The notes under the pieces were generated by a model. That model made no database searches and had not been told where the DNA came from. It saw only the letters and a program-made list of their open reading frames with translations. Shown here piece after piece: positions 40,622 through 51,348 of a stretch of DNA of 64,000 nucleotides. The translations under genes were made by a program, and so were the position numbers. This stretch comes from Candidatus Latescibacterota bacterium. GTDB lineage: Bacteria; Latescibacterota; UBA2968; UBA8231. Numbering within the stretch: the first letter of the stretch is position 1; each line of letters opens with the position of its first letter. The stretch covers positions 1 through 64,000 of the forward strand of contig CBDBIJ010000015.1 in NCBI GenBank assembly GCA_965205655.1, in the 5' to 3' direction.

Positions 40622-41986
40622 CTATTTCACGAAGAACCTGATGACGAACAAGGCCGAAAGAATCCACAGCGCAGGGGTGAGCTCGCGCGCCCGGCCGCTC
40701 ACCGCCCGCAGAAAGGTATAGGCCAGGATACCGGCCACGATCCCCTCCGAGATACTGAAGGCTAGCGGCATCGCGGCGATCGTGAGAAACGCGGGAATGG
40801 AATCGCGAAAGTCGGCGAAGTCGATCCGCGTCACCGGTTCCATCATAAACACGCCGACGATGACGAGGACGGGCGCCGTCGCCGCCGCCGGTACCCAGGC
40901 CACGAGAGGGGCGAAAAACAGAGCGAGAAGGAAGAGCAGCCCGGTCGTGACCGAGGTCAGTCCCGTGCGCCCACCTTCCGCCACTCCGGCGGCACTCTCC
41001 ACGTAGGTCGTCGTCGTGCTCGTGCCGAACACGGCTCCTGCCGTGGTGGCCAGGGCATCGGCGAGTAGGGCGCCGCGAACTTTCGGCAGACGGCCCGCGT
41101 CGTCCAGCAGGCCGGTCTTGCTCGCCACGCCGACGAGTGTTCCCGTCGTGTCGAACAGATCGACGAAGGTGAAGGTCAGGATGACAGTCAGGAGTCCGTA
41201 CGAGGCGACCTCGGCGATGTCGAGGGCGAGAAACGTCTGGCCTAGCCCAGATGGGAGTGCGACGAACTGCCCTAGGAGGGTGCCCTCCGACTCCGCTTCT
41301 ACGGGACCGCCTCCGCTCAGACCGAAGATTGCACCGGCGACGGTGGTGATGACGATGCCCCACAGCAGCGCGCCTCTGACCCTCAAAACGGCCAGCGTCG
41401 AGGTTGCGGCCAGCCCGAACAGAGCCAGAATGACGGTCGCGCTCGAGCTTCCCGGCGGCAGCAGGCCAGACAACTCCGGATCGGTGAAATAGCGCTCGTT
41501 TACCAGGCCGAGGCTACCTGTGGCCGGATTGAAGGCGACTATACCGGCATTCTTGAAGCCGATAAGCGCAATGAAGAAGCCGATTCCGACGCTGATGGCG
41601 TATTTCAGGCTCACCGGGATGGCATTGACGATCGCTTCCCTCGCTTTGGTCAGGGTGAGGAGGAGGAAGATGACGCCGGAGATGAACACTGCCCCCAGTG
41701 CTCCCTGCCACGAGATTCCCATCCCGAGAACGACGGTGTAGACGAAAAAGGCGTTCAGGCCCATTCCCGGCGCGAGCGCGAAAGGGTAGTTCGTCAGAAA
41801 CGCCATCAGGAAGCTGCCGAGAGCGGCGGCCAGACAGGTGGCCACCATGACGCCGTCTCTGGGCATGCCGGCATCCGCGAGAATGAGCGGATTGACGGCG
41901 ATGATGTAGGACATCGTCATGAAGGTGGTCACGCCGGCGCGGACCTCGCGCCGTACCGTCGTGCCGGCCTCGTCGATGTGGAACAT
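40622..41986 (-). CDS. NCS2/AzgA family purine permease
   Basis: AGVTTFMTMSYII.VNP, APGMGLNAFF, DLFDTTGTL, YVESAAGVAEGGRTGLT. Confidence 0.95.
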   Translation of the reverse strand: MFHIDEAGTTVRREVRAGVTTFMTMSYIIAVNPLILADAGMPRDGVMVATCLAAALGSFLMAFLTNYPFALAPGMGLNAFFVYTVVLGMGISWQGALGAVFISGVIFLLLTLTKAREAIVNAIPVSLKYAISVGIGFFIALIGFKNAGIVAFNPATGSLGLVNERYFTDPELSGLLPPGSSSATVILALFGLAATSTLAVLRVRGALLWGIVITTVAGAIFGLSGGGPVEAESEGTLLGQFVALPSGLGQTFLALDIAEVASYGLLTVILTFTFVDLFDTTGTLVGVASKTGLLDDAGRLPKVRGALLADALATTAGAVFGTSTTTTYVESAAGVAEGGRTGLTSVTTGLLFLLALFFAPLVAWVPAAATAPVLVIVGVFMMEPVTRIDFADFRDSIPAFLTIAAMPLAFSISEGIVAGILAYTFLRAVSGRARELTPALWILSALFVIRFFVK

Positions 41987-42006
41987 TCTAAAAACGTGGA
42001 GGGTAC

Positions 42007-43398
<1,392 letters not shown>

Positions 43399-43403
43399 TG
43401 GCC

Positions 43404-44825
43404 CTAGCAGCCCGTGGCTAAAGCCCCGTTTGGGAAGATTTGGGGTGGCCTGAGATTCGTGGTGCGAGTTGCCGCCAATGGCGACGAAAATCGAGCAGTG
43501 CCCGAGAGTTGAACCACGGGCGGCGACAAAGCGCGCCAAGGCGCGAAAACCTGAGTGATGAGAGACGAAATGAGGGAAAACGCCTCCCTCATACCCCTCG
43601 GAGTGCCCGCACCGAAGAGGGTGCGCATGAGGAGGCCGAAATTGCAGCCGCACACGTGAATGACGAGGCGTTTGAGGATGTTTTGTCGGCCCCGAAGAAA
43701 CAGCCGTCGCATACCGCCGGTTTCGAACAGATGAGCATACGGGCGTTCGAGCAGCTCGCCGCACTTACGCCGCAGCGCCTGCCCGCGGTTGCCGCGAATG
43801 CGTCGGCGATTGGCATACACCGCCTGTTGTGCTTCCGCTTTGTCCTTCCAATCTCGACGCCCGCGATCCGGTTCGGAAATGTAGCTGCGAATGGCACTGG
43901 CTTTGAGATCGACCAGCACCTCGTTGCTGTGATACCCCTTGTCGGTGACGACTTCCGACAACGGTTTGGGATGCAGATGCTTCCTGGCCTCGGGATCCTG
44001 CGACACGGCCTCCACGTTCAATTCGGTTCGCACCAGCATCCACGGCAGCGATTCGGTGTCGCCTTCATCGGCACTCGGCAGACTCACGGCGACGATCGCC
44101 TGGGTGTCCATGTCCACCGCCGTCTCCACCTTGTGCGCCAGATGGGTGCGACGATCCTTCGTCTTGGTAATGCGGGCATCCGGATCGTGCGGGTGTTCCC
44201 AGTCCTTATTGGACGCTTTCTTCGGGCGCTTCTTGTCGATTCTGGCCAGATCCTCTCGCGTTGGCGTCTCGATGCCCGAGGCCTTGGCCAACTTCGTGAG
44301 AAACTCCTCGTAACTTTCGCCCGTGTCCCGGCGCACGATGCTGCGCATGGCGGCGTTGGCATCCAGCGTCGTGGCGTCGACGCCCAGCGTCTTCCCCTTC
44401 AGCAGGTTCGATGTGGCCAGCACTTTCAACACCCACTCGAAGACCTCATGATGCGTCTGGAAGTCGATCAGCCGGCGCGTGCGAGACACCGTCGAATGAT
44501 CGGGCGTAGCCTTGTCGAGCTCGTAGCCGAGGAATGCCCGCAACGACAGCGAATCGGCGACGCGCCAGGCGATCTCACGCTCCGAGTCGATGCCCTCGAA
44601 ATAGCCGATCATGAGCAGGCGGAAATAGACCCCGGGCGGGATGCCGGGCCGACCGGCGCCCTCGGCGTAAAACGTCGTGCACCGCTCTTCCACAAACTCG
44701 TCGAATCCGTGCTTGTCCAGCACCTCATTCAATCTCTTGTAAAAAGGATGTCCCGGAGCCCTCAGGTGCTGCGTCGCCACCCACAGCTGAGCTTGGCTCG
44801 CGCGCTTCCGTTTTCCCAACGCCAT
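43404..44825 (-). CDS. IS1182 family transposase
   Basis: DUF772-type GRPGIPP..EGIDSERE..PDHSTVSR, VDATTLDANA, DPDARI, TDKGY. Stop codon supplied by the CTAG target. Confidence 0.92.
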   Translation of the reverse strand: MALGKRKRASQAQLWVATQHLRAPGHPFYKRLNEVLDKHGFDEFVEERCTTFYAEGAGRPGIPPGVYFRLLMIGYFEGIDSEREIAWRVADSLSLRAFLGYELDKATPDHSTVSRTRRLIDFQTHHEVFEWVLKVLATSNLLKGKTLGVDATTLDANAAMRSIVRRDTGESYEEFLTKLAKASGIETPTREDLARIDKKRPKKASNKDWEHPHDPDARITKTKDRRTHLAHKVETAVDMDTQAIVAVSLPSADEGDTESLPWMLVRTELNVEAVSQDPEARKHLHPKPLSEVVTDKGYHSNEVLVDLKASAIRSYISEPDRGRRDWKDKAEAQQAVYANRRRIRGNRGQALRRKCGELLERPYAHLFETGGMRRLFLRGRQNILKRLVIHVCGCNFGLLMRTLFGAGTPRGMREAFSLISSLITQVFAPWRALSPPVVQLSGTARFSSPLAATRTTNLRPPQIFPNGALATGC

Positions 44826-44917
44826 GACAGCATCTCCCCTGCAAGGTTGATGCTCAAAGGTAAGGAGAGGCTCCTCATCCGCGCCGCAAGAAAATCACCG
44901 ACTTTCACCACAGGCTG
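43408..44917 (-). mobile_element. IS1182 family insertion sequence
   Basis: Imperfect inverted repeats CAGCCCGTGGCTAAAG and CTTTCACCACAGGCTG. CTAG duplicated at 43404-43407 and 44918-44921. Confidence 0.9.
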
Positions 44918-44928
44918 CTAGCCCCTAG

Positions 44929-46565
44929 CCTGAATAATTCATAAATTCGCTCAGTTTGATCGGGATTCGGTAAATGATGAAGCACTGAGGCGTTTCTCGC
45001 TCAAGTGTGATTTTCGGGTCCGTGTTTCTTGGTCGTAGGTCGATGTGTCAGGCGGTGTTGCATTTCCTCCGGACAGACTGATCCCTTGGTCGTGCTGATG
45101 ATCTATTTTTTGGTGCGTCGTCATCGTGCGCATTACGCGGTGTCGAGGTTGTAGACGATCAACCTCATCAAGTCCTTGAGCGGATATGACGTCGGAAAGT
45201 GAAAGCGCACCGTGGTGGTTTGCTCCCGTACTCTGGCGCCGATTTTGAGGACGCGGAGTTGGATCGTGTCGAAGTTGGACGTCGTCCATTGGGTGCCTCG
45301 CATGCCGATATGTTTGATCGCGTGCACAAGCACATAGGCGGCGCTGTGCAGGAAGAGGCGGAATTGGTTTGCCGGGAATCGATGGCAGGAGGTCCGGTCG
45401 GAGTTCAGGAAGGTCTTGTGATTCTTGATGAACCCTTCCGATCGTCCGCGAGCACAGTAGACCTTCTCATACAGAAACCTGGGCGTTCGGTTCCGAATGT
45501 TCGTGACCACAAAACGCGGGTTGGCCTTTCCTTGCGTAATCTCGGCCTTGTAGATGATCTGGCGCGGACGGCTCCAGCTATCGGCCTGATAATCGAAGTG
45601 TGTAAAGAGCCGCACCGGCTTTTCGGTCTGCTCCGCCAGGGCGGCTGCCTGCTCCATCAGCGGTGCGCCGAGCGCTTTGAGCTTCCGGTTGACCGCTTGT
45701 CCGAGAATGAACGCTAGGCCGTATTCGTCGCACAGGTCGTGCACCTCCGGGGTGCTAAAGTGCGCGTCACCACGCAAGGTGATCTGCACCTGCGGCCAGG
45801 CCATGAGGATATGATCCAGAACGCGTCTGAGAATCGCCGCGGCCTCGCGGCCACGGATTCTACGACCGGGTCGCAGAATGGTGGTGATCAACTTGCCTGT
45901 CTCTGCTTCGTAGAGATGGACGGGCAGGTAGCAGTACTCGTCATAGTAAGCGTGAAACAACGACAGTTGCTGTGAACCGTGCGTGGCATCATCCGTGTCA
46001 TCAATGTCCAGGATGATCTTCTTCGGCGGCTTGTCGTAGGACTCGATGAATGTTTCCAGTAACGCGAGCCCGATTCGGTAGAGGTCCGTGCGGCTGATAC
46101 TGTTCTCGAAACGAGACATGGTCGGTTGACTGGCCAGATCGGCTCCCGTCAGGGGGAGTCGATCGCATGCTGCCTTCAGAGCCGGATCTGAACGCAGGTC
46201 GTTGCTGTCATTGGCGTCCTCGTACCCGCAGGCGATCTGGAAGACGCGCTGCTTGATGAGGTCGGTATAGGTATGGTCGATATAGCTTTGATGTCGGCGA
46301 TCACACAACGCCCTTACGATTCGGTCTACGATCCCTATCTTGGATTCCGCCTGCCGCAGGAGCAGGGCGCCCCCATCGCTGGTCGTCGTGCCGCCGTCAA
46401 AATCGGCTTCGATCTTCCTGCCCGAGATGCTTGCAAAGGATAACGTGATCTGCGACCTTTCCATCGCGGTGTCCTCTCAAATGGTTGTTGTTTGTGTCCA
46501 ACCCTAACTTAGGGCAAAACAACCAGTTGTACAAGAGGTCACCGCATTTTTATGAATAATTCAGG
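44929..46565 (-). mobile_element. IS1380 family insertion sequence, 1637 bp
   Basis: Inverted repeats CCTGAATAATTCATAAA and TTTATGAATAATTCAGG (16/17 match). CTAG at 44925-44928 and 46566-46569. Confidence 0.92.
45133..46464 (-). CDS. IS1380 family transposase
   Basis: FDGG..TSDGGALLL, GYEDAND, LASQPTMSRFEN, LDIDDTDD..HGSQQ, RGDAHF, YCARGRSE. Confidence 0.94.
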   Translation of the reverse strand: MERSQITLSFASISGRKIEADFDGGTTTSDGGALLLRQAESKIGIVDRIVRALCDRRHQSYIDHTYTDLIKQRVFQIACGYEDANDSNDLRSDPALKAACDRLPLTGADLASQPTMSRFENSISRTDLYRIGLALLETFIESYDKPPKKIILDIDDTDDATHGSQQLSLFHAYYDEYCYLPVHLYEAETGKLITTILRPGRRIRGREAAAILRRVLDHILMAWPQVQITLRGDAHFSTPEVHDLCDEYGLAFILGQAVNRKLKALGAPLMEQAAALAEQTEKPVRLFTHFDYQADSWSRPRQIIYKAEITQGKANPRFVVTNIRNRTPRFLYEKVYCARGRSEGFIKNHKTFLNSDRTSCHRFPANQFRLFLHSAAYVLVHAIKHIGMRGTQWTTSNFDTIQLRVLKIGARVREQTTTVRFHFPTSYPLKDLMRLIVYNLDTA

Positions 46566-46597
46566 CTAGCTCCCCGCCCCTCGCCGTTTGCCACTGT

Positions 46598-46879
46598 TCA
46601 GCTGCGGCTCTTGAACATGCTGAGCATGCGATGAGTGACGAGGAATCCGCCCACCACGTTGATCGTCGCCAGGACGACGGCGCCGAGCCCGAGCCAGGTG
46701 GCCAACTCGGTCTGGTCAGATCCTGCCGAGATTACGGCGCCGATGAGGGTGATTCCGGAAATGGCGTTCGAGCCGGACATCAAAGGGGTGTGCAGGGTAG
46801 GCGGGATCTTCGTGATCACCTCGAAGCCGACGAAAACGGCTAGGACGAAAACTGTCAGAGCCACTACGAGGCCGTCCAC
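46598..46879 (-). CDS. pntAb: NAD(P) transhydrogenase subunit alpha part 2 (membrane)
   Basis: LHTPLMSGSNAISG, INVVGGFLVTHRML. Confidence 0.95.
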   Translation of the reverse strand: MDGLVVALTVFVLAVFVGFEVITKIPPTLHTPLMSGSNAISGITLIGAVISAGSDQTELATWLGLGAVVLATINVVGGFLVTHRMLSMFKSRS

Positions 46880-46882
46880 GAC

Positions 46883-48082
46883 TCAGACATTCTCCTTTTG
46901 CAACTCGAGGCCCGATCCCGGTCCATCCTCTGCGCCGCCTCTCATCGCCTCGAGAACGCGGGGGTGGATCATACGCCCTCCTGCGGCCACCAGGGTTTCC
47001 CTGGTAATCTCGTCCTCGACATCGAGCCGCAATTCACCGTCGCCGGCGAGGTGAAGCAGGAAGGCGGTGACGTTGTGTGCGTACATCTGAGAGGCGTGAA
47101 AGGGCACCGTCGATGGCAGGTTGAGCGGGGCGATGATGTGGACTGAGTCGACCTGACACGTCTGTCCGGGCGTCGTCAGTGCGCAGTTCCCACCGCGTTC
47201 GGCTGCCAGGTCCACGATGACGGACCCCGGCTTCATCTGCCGTACCGCCTCGGCGGCAATCAGGATCGGCGCCGGCCTGCCGGGGATCGCTGCGGTGGTG
47301 ATGACGACATCGCATTCGGCTACCACCTCACCGAGTGCCCGCTGCTGGCGAGAGTAGAACTCCGCATCCTGCGCGACGGCATAGCCTCCCGCATCTTCGG
47401 CATCGGCTGCTTCCAGACTCAGTTCAACGAACTGAGCGCCGAGGCTCTCTACCTGCTCCCTGACCACCGGTCGGACATCGTAAGCGAGCACGACCCCTCC
47501 GAGCCGCTTTGCCGTGGCGATAGCCTGCAGTCCGGCCACTCCGGCGCCGATGACGAGGACCCTGGCGGGGGTCACTGTGCCGGCGGCCGTCATCATCAGT
47601 GGGAACATTCTCGGAGACTGAGCTGCTGCCAGAATCACCGACTTGTAGCCGGCGATCGTGGCCATCGATGAGAGTGCGTCCATGCTCTGTGCCCGCGCGA
47701 GGCGGGGCATGAGCTCGAGCGCCAGCAGCGATGCGCCGGTCGCCGCCACGTCGGCGAGCCGCGGGCTCCCGTCGAGGGGCTCGGCAAAGCCGATGATCAC
47801 CTGCTCGTTTCTGATCAGGCCCAGATCCGACTCGCCGCCCGGATCGGCGGATGGGGTCCGAACCTGGAGGATGGTGTTGGCGCGCTCGTAGATCTCCTCC
47901 CTCGTGGAGGCGATCTCGGCACCTCGGCGGCGAAACTCGGCGTCTGTGTACCCCGCGACTGCGCCGGCGCCGGTCTGGATGACTATCTCGATGCCGCGGT
48001 CGATGAGGGCGGCGGCGCTCTCAGGAGTGAGGGCGACCCGCTGCTCTCCTACAGCTCGTTCCTCGGGCACACCGGTAATCAT
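46883..48082 (-). CDS. pntAa: NAD(P) transhydrogenase subunit alpha part 1 (NAD-binding)
   Basis: EQRVALTP, RAQSMDALSSM, GAGVAGLQAIATA, DLAAERGGNC. Confidence 0.96.
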   Translation of the reverse strand: MITGVPEERAVGEQRVALTPESAAALIDRGIEIVIQTGAGAVAGYTDAEFRRRGAEIASTREEIYERANTILQVRTPSADPGGESDLGLIRNEQVIIGFAEPLDGSPRLADVAATGASLLALELMPRLARAQSMDALSSMATIAGYKSVILAAAQSPRMFPLMMTAAGTVTPARVLVIGAGVAGLQAIATAKRLGGVVLAYDVRPVVREQVESLGAQFVELSLEAADAEDAGGYAVAQDAEFYSRQQRALGEVVAECDVVITTAAIPGRPAPILIAAEAVRQMKPGSVIVDLAAERGGNCALTTPGQTCQVDSVHIIAPLNLPSTVPFHASQMYAHNVTAFLLHLAGDGELRLDVEDEITRETLVAAGGRMIHPRVLEAMRGGAEDGPGSGLELQKENV

Positions 48083-48139
48083 GGCATGTCAAATCTGTTG
48101 TGTTGTGACTGGGGACGGGGTCGGCGCGTGGGCGACAAT

Positions 48140-48439
48140 TCAGCGATGATCGACCGTCTTGTCCTGGTATTTCTTCAGCTGCCGCTCCACGTGCTCGCAC
48201 GCTTCGTCGATCGAGCGGAACAGGTTGTCGTCGGGCGACTTCGCCGTGCCCACGAGTGTTTGATTCGGGACTTTGACGATGACCTCAACTGTTGTTCCGT
48301 GTTTCTTGAGCCGTTCGAGGACGACTTCGCAATCGATAATGCGGTCGCAAAACTGGTCGAACTTGGCGCACGCCTTGTCGATGTGCTCCTTCGTGGTATC
48401 CGAGATCTTCGTTTTCCTCACCGTGATTCTGATCGCCAT
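48140..48439 (-). CDS. raiA: ribosome-associated translation inhibitor / hibernation promoting factor (short form)
   Basis: 99 aa with IRITVRK, NLFRSIDEA..VERQLKKYQDK. Confidence 0.85.
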   Translation of the reverse strand: MAIRITVRKTKISDTTKEHIDKACAKFDQFCDRIIDCEVVLERLKKHGTTVEVIVKVPNQTLVGTAKSPDDNLFRSIDEACEHVERQLKKYQDKTVDHR

Positions 48440-48493
48440 CCATAACCTCTGCTGTGACCTGGAGAAAACCGAAAGGTCGAGCGGGGTAGAGCG

Positions 48494-49783
48494 TCATCCG
48501 CGCTCTGCCATAGGCGTATACGGCTGCTCCGTCGGTCCCGTGTACACCTGTCGAGGCCGATGGATGCGACCGCGCGTTATGAAGCGATCCTCATACCACT
48601 GGGCGATCCAGCCCGGCATGCGCCCGATGGCGAAAATGACGGTGTACATCGAAGAGGGGATTCCGAGCGCGCGCAGAATGACGCCGCTGTAGAAGTCGAC
48701 ATTCGGGTAGAGCTTGCGTTCGATAAAGTAGTCATCCTCAAGGGCGGCCTGCTCCAGCTCGCCCGCCACTGCCAGAGTGGGGTCGTCGACGTTCAGCCTG
48801 GCGAGCACGGTCTCGCACTGCTCTTTTATGATCGTTGCCCGTGGATCGAAGTTCTTGTAAACCCGGTGACCGAATCCCATCAGTCGGATTCCACTCTTTT
48901 TGTCCTTCACCTGCTGAACGTAATCCTTCACCGCGATCTTCGACTCGAGGATCTGCTCCAGCATCTCCACCACCGCGACGTTGGCCCCGCCGTGAAGGGG
49001 CCCCCACAGCGCGTTCACCCCCGCCGCCACGGATGCGAACAGGTTGGCGCCGCTGCTGCCGACCATCCGCACCGTCGAGGTGCTGCAGTTCTGCTCGTGG
49101 TCGGCGTGGAGCAGAAGCAATACGTCGAGAGCCCTGACGAGCTCGGGGTCGGCGTCGAAGTCCTTGTACGGGTGCGAGAACATCATGTGCAGGAAGTTTT
49201 CACTGAAATTCTTGTCAGGATGGGGGTACGGCAGGTAATGTCCGAGATCGTGTTTGTAGGAGTAGGCGGCAATGGTTCTCACCTTCGACATGATACGCGC
49301 CGCCGTCTCCTCGAAGACATCCACGTCCTCGACGTCCAGCAGTTCCGGATAGAAGCAGGCCATCGAATTGAGCACCGCAGACAGCACCGCCATGGGCGGA
49401 GAGCCCGACGGGTAAAAGTCGAAATGACGCCGCAGTTGCTCGCGCAACATCTCATGTTTCGTGAGCAACGCGCTGAAAGTGTCCAGCTGCTCTCGCGTTG
49501 GAAGGTGTCCCCAGATGAGCAGGTAGGCCGTCTCTATGAAGCTGCTCTTTTCAGCGAGCACTTCGATCGGAATGCCGCGGTAGCGGAGGATCCCCTTCTC
49601 GCCGTCGATGAATGTGATGGCGCTGCGGCACGAACCCGTGTTACCGTACCCCTCGTCCAGGGTGATGTAGCCGCTTTGAGATCGCAGCGCACTGATGTCG
49701 ATGGCGTGCTCGTCCTCGCTGCCTGCGATAACGGGGAGTTCCACGACGTTGCCGTCCAGCTCTATACGGGCAGTGTCAGCCAT
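48494..49783 (-). CDS. gltA: citrate synthase (type II)
   Basis: ITFIDGEKGILRYRG, HADHEQNCSTS, WGPLHGGAN, MGFGHRVYKNFDPRA, YPNVDFYSG. Confidence 0.97.
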   Translation of the reverse strand: MADTARIELDGNVVELPVIAGSEDEHAIDISALRSQSGYITLDEGYGNTGSCRSAITFIDGEKGILRYRGIPIEVLAEKSSFIETAYLLIWGHLPTREQLDTFSALLTKHEMLREQLRRHFDFYPSGSPPMAVLSAVLNSMACFYPELLDVEDVDVFEETAARIMSKVRTIAAYSYKHDLGHYLPYPHPDKNFSENFLHMMFSHPYKDFDADPELVRALDVLLLLHADHEQNCSTSTVRMVGSSGANLFASVAAGVNALWGPLHGGANVAVVEMLEQILESKIAVKDYVQQVKDKKSGIRLMGFGHRVYKNFDPRATIIKEQCETVLARLNVDDPTLAVAGELEQAALEDDYFIERKLYPNVDFYSGVILRALGIPSSMYTVIFAIGRMPGWIAQWYEDRFITRGRIHRPRQVYTGPTEQPYTPMAERG

Positions 49784-49842
49784 TTCTGCCTGTCTCCTCG
49801 GTGTCAGTGGAGCTACGGATGGAATAAACCACAGAATCTATG

Positions 49843-49870
49843 ATACTAGTTCAAATAATTGTAGTGTCAA
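49843..49870 (-). promoter_or_regulatory. possible gltA promoter
   Basis: TTGACA (49870-49865), 16-bp spacer, TAGTAT in an AT-rich segment. Confidence 0.45.
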
Positions 49871-51033
49871 TTTTGCCGGAGCACTTGATACTTCGACTGC
49901 AGCTGCTTCCACAGCAACGGCTCCAATAGCTGCGCAGACAGTTCGTGGCCCTGCAAGCTGAAGTGCCCATACCCCCTGCGATACACTTCCACGCCTGCAT
50001 TGATCCGTTGCGCAAACAGGTCGCGAGGGTAGACGTGGGAGATCCCATGCGCCTTGAAAGCAGACAGGGCGGAGCGCTCGGTCAACGGTTGCGGGTCTGG
50101 CGTGCGCATGGGTGAGTTGCCTTCGGCCTCCGGTGACACCGAAGTCCTGACCTCGTGGACCCTGAATGGGTCCGGTATGGCGTAGACGGCGAGAGGAATG
50201 TTTCGCTGACGGAGAAACCGGGCGATCTCGGCCAACTGGTGCTCGGCGAGGGCTGCCATTTCCTCGGCGTCCACAGGACTGTGGCCGGCTTCCACGTTCG
50301 GCGTGCTCAGCATTCCCATCGCCCGCGCCAAGCTCTTCATCTGAGGATTGGCCTTGACCACGTGGAGCCAAAACAGGCGCATGATGGTTGAGCGCGCCAG
50401 GACATTGTCGCGCAACCATGCCCTCATGTCGTACTCGGGAACAGGCGTGTGCTGCAAGCTACCGGCCGCAAAACGGAAGCGTGGTACGGCGCTGGCCGCA
50501 ACGGGCTCGAAATTGTCGTGCAGATCGTTTCCGAGAAAGAGAACGAGCACGACGCTGTCTGGATTCCAATCGAGCAGGCGCTGACGCACATAAAGGTAGT
50601 GCACACCGAGTCCATATCCGTGCACGCCTTGGTTGAGCGCCTCGACGCGAACGCCGAACTGCTGCGACCGCCTGTTGAGACCCGCCGCGAGCTTCTGACT
50701 GAAATTATCCGCGACTTCGACCTGATACGCTTCCAGGAAGGAGTCGCCAAGAAAAATGAGACGATGCACACCGGATTCCACCGCCATGTCCCGCTCGAGA
50801 TCGTGGAATCCGTGCGCATTCGTGTGCACGATCCTCGTGGCCCCGTCCATCTCGCGTTTCCACGAGGTCGTCAGATGAGCGCGACCCTTGAATCCGAGGA
50901 GCGGATCGTATGTGAGCGTTACCTTCTCGAGGTCGAGCAGCCAGGGAAGCACGAGTTCGGCCATGATCACGACCAGCGCACAAGACCCTGCCGCCAGCGC
51001 AACCTTTGCAGCTGCGCCGCTCGACCGGCGCAT
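49867..51033 (-). CDS. membrane-anchored SGNH/GDSL hydrolase-like protein
   Basis: N-terminal TM segment, FLGDSF, NQGVHGYG, FLGND, GHFSLQGH. Confidence 0.8.
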   Translation of the reverse strand: MRRSSGAAAKVALAAGSCALVVIMAELVLPWLLDLEKVTLTYDPLLGFKGRAHLTTSWKREMDGATRIVHTNAHGFHDLERDMAVESGVHRLIFLGDSFLEAYQVEVADNFSQKLAAGLNRRSQQFGVRVEALNQGVHGYGLGVHYLYVRQRLLDWNPDSVVLVLFLGNDLHDNFEPVAASAVPRFRFAAGSLQHTPVPEYDMRAWLRDNVLARSTIMRLFWLHVVKANPQMKSLARAMGMLSTPNVEAGHSPVDAEEMAALAEHQLAEIARFLRQRNIPLAVYAIPDPFRVHEVRTSVSPEAEGNSPMRTPDPQPLTERSALSAFKAHGISHVYPRDLFAQRINAGVEVYRRGYGHFSLQGHELSAQLLEPLLWKQLQSKYQVLRQN

Positions 51034-51290
51034 CAGTCTGTCATATCCCGGGCGCAGCGAAACCCGATGGTGTAGTCGCACCGCTGCGTCAGGCCGTAGG
51101 CGAACCAGTAGGAACCATCCGCTCCGGTCGTCGTCGCATGGGTGATCTGCGACGACTCCTGTGCAAACTGCACCCGGGCGTTTGCGACCGGTCGACCATC
51201 CATGGCCAGCCTGACCGTTCCCTCCACGACGAGGGCGCTGACTTGAGACGTCAACATTACGAGTCCGATAAGAGCGGCTTTCGTAGACAC
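51033..51290 (-). pseudogene. short signal peptide + carboxypeptidase-regulatory-like Ig fragment (probably truncated)
   Basis: KAALIGLVMLTSQVSA signal followed by VEGTVR..DGRPVANARV..TTTGADGSY, then the ORF ends. Confidence 0.5.
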
Positions 51291-51348
51291 TTTGGCGCGA
51301 TCTTCGTAGGTTTGAGTTAGGCGTCCTGCGCCCTCTCGCCTTGACCTC

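Noticed and set aside
41987..42006. Purine riboswitch upstream of the NCS2 permease
   Set aside because: Only 20 bp separate it from pntB, which leaves no room for an aptamer
43408..46565. IS pair as a composite transposon
   Set aside because: The elements belong to different families, each has its own IRs and CTAG duplication, and there is no cargo between them
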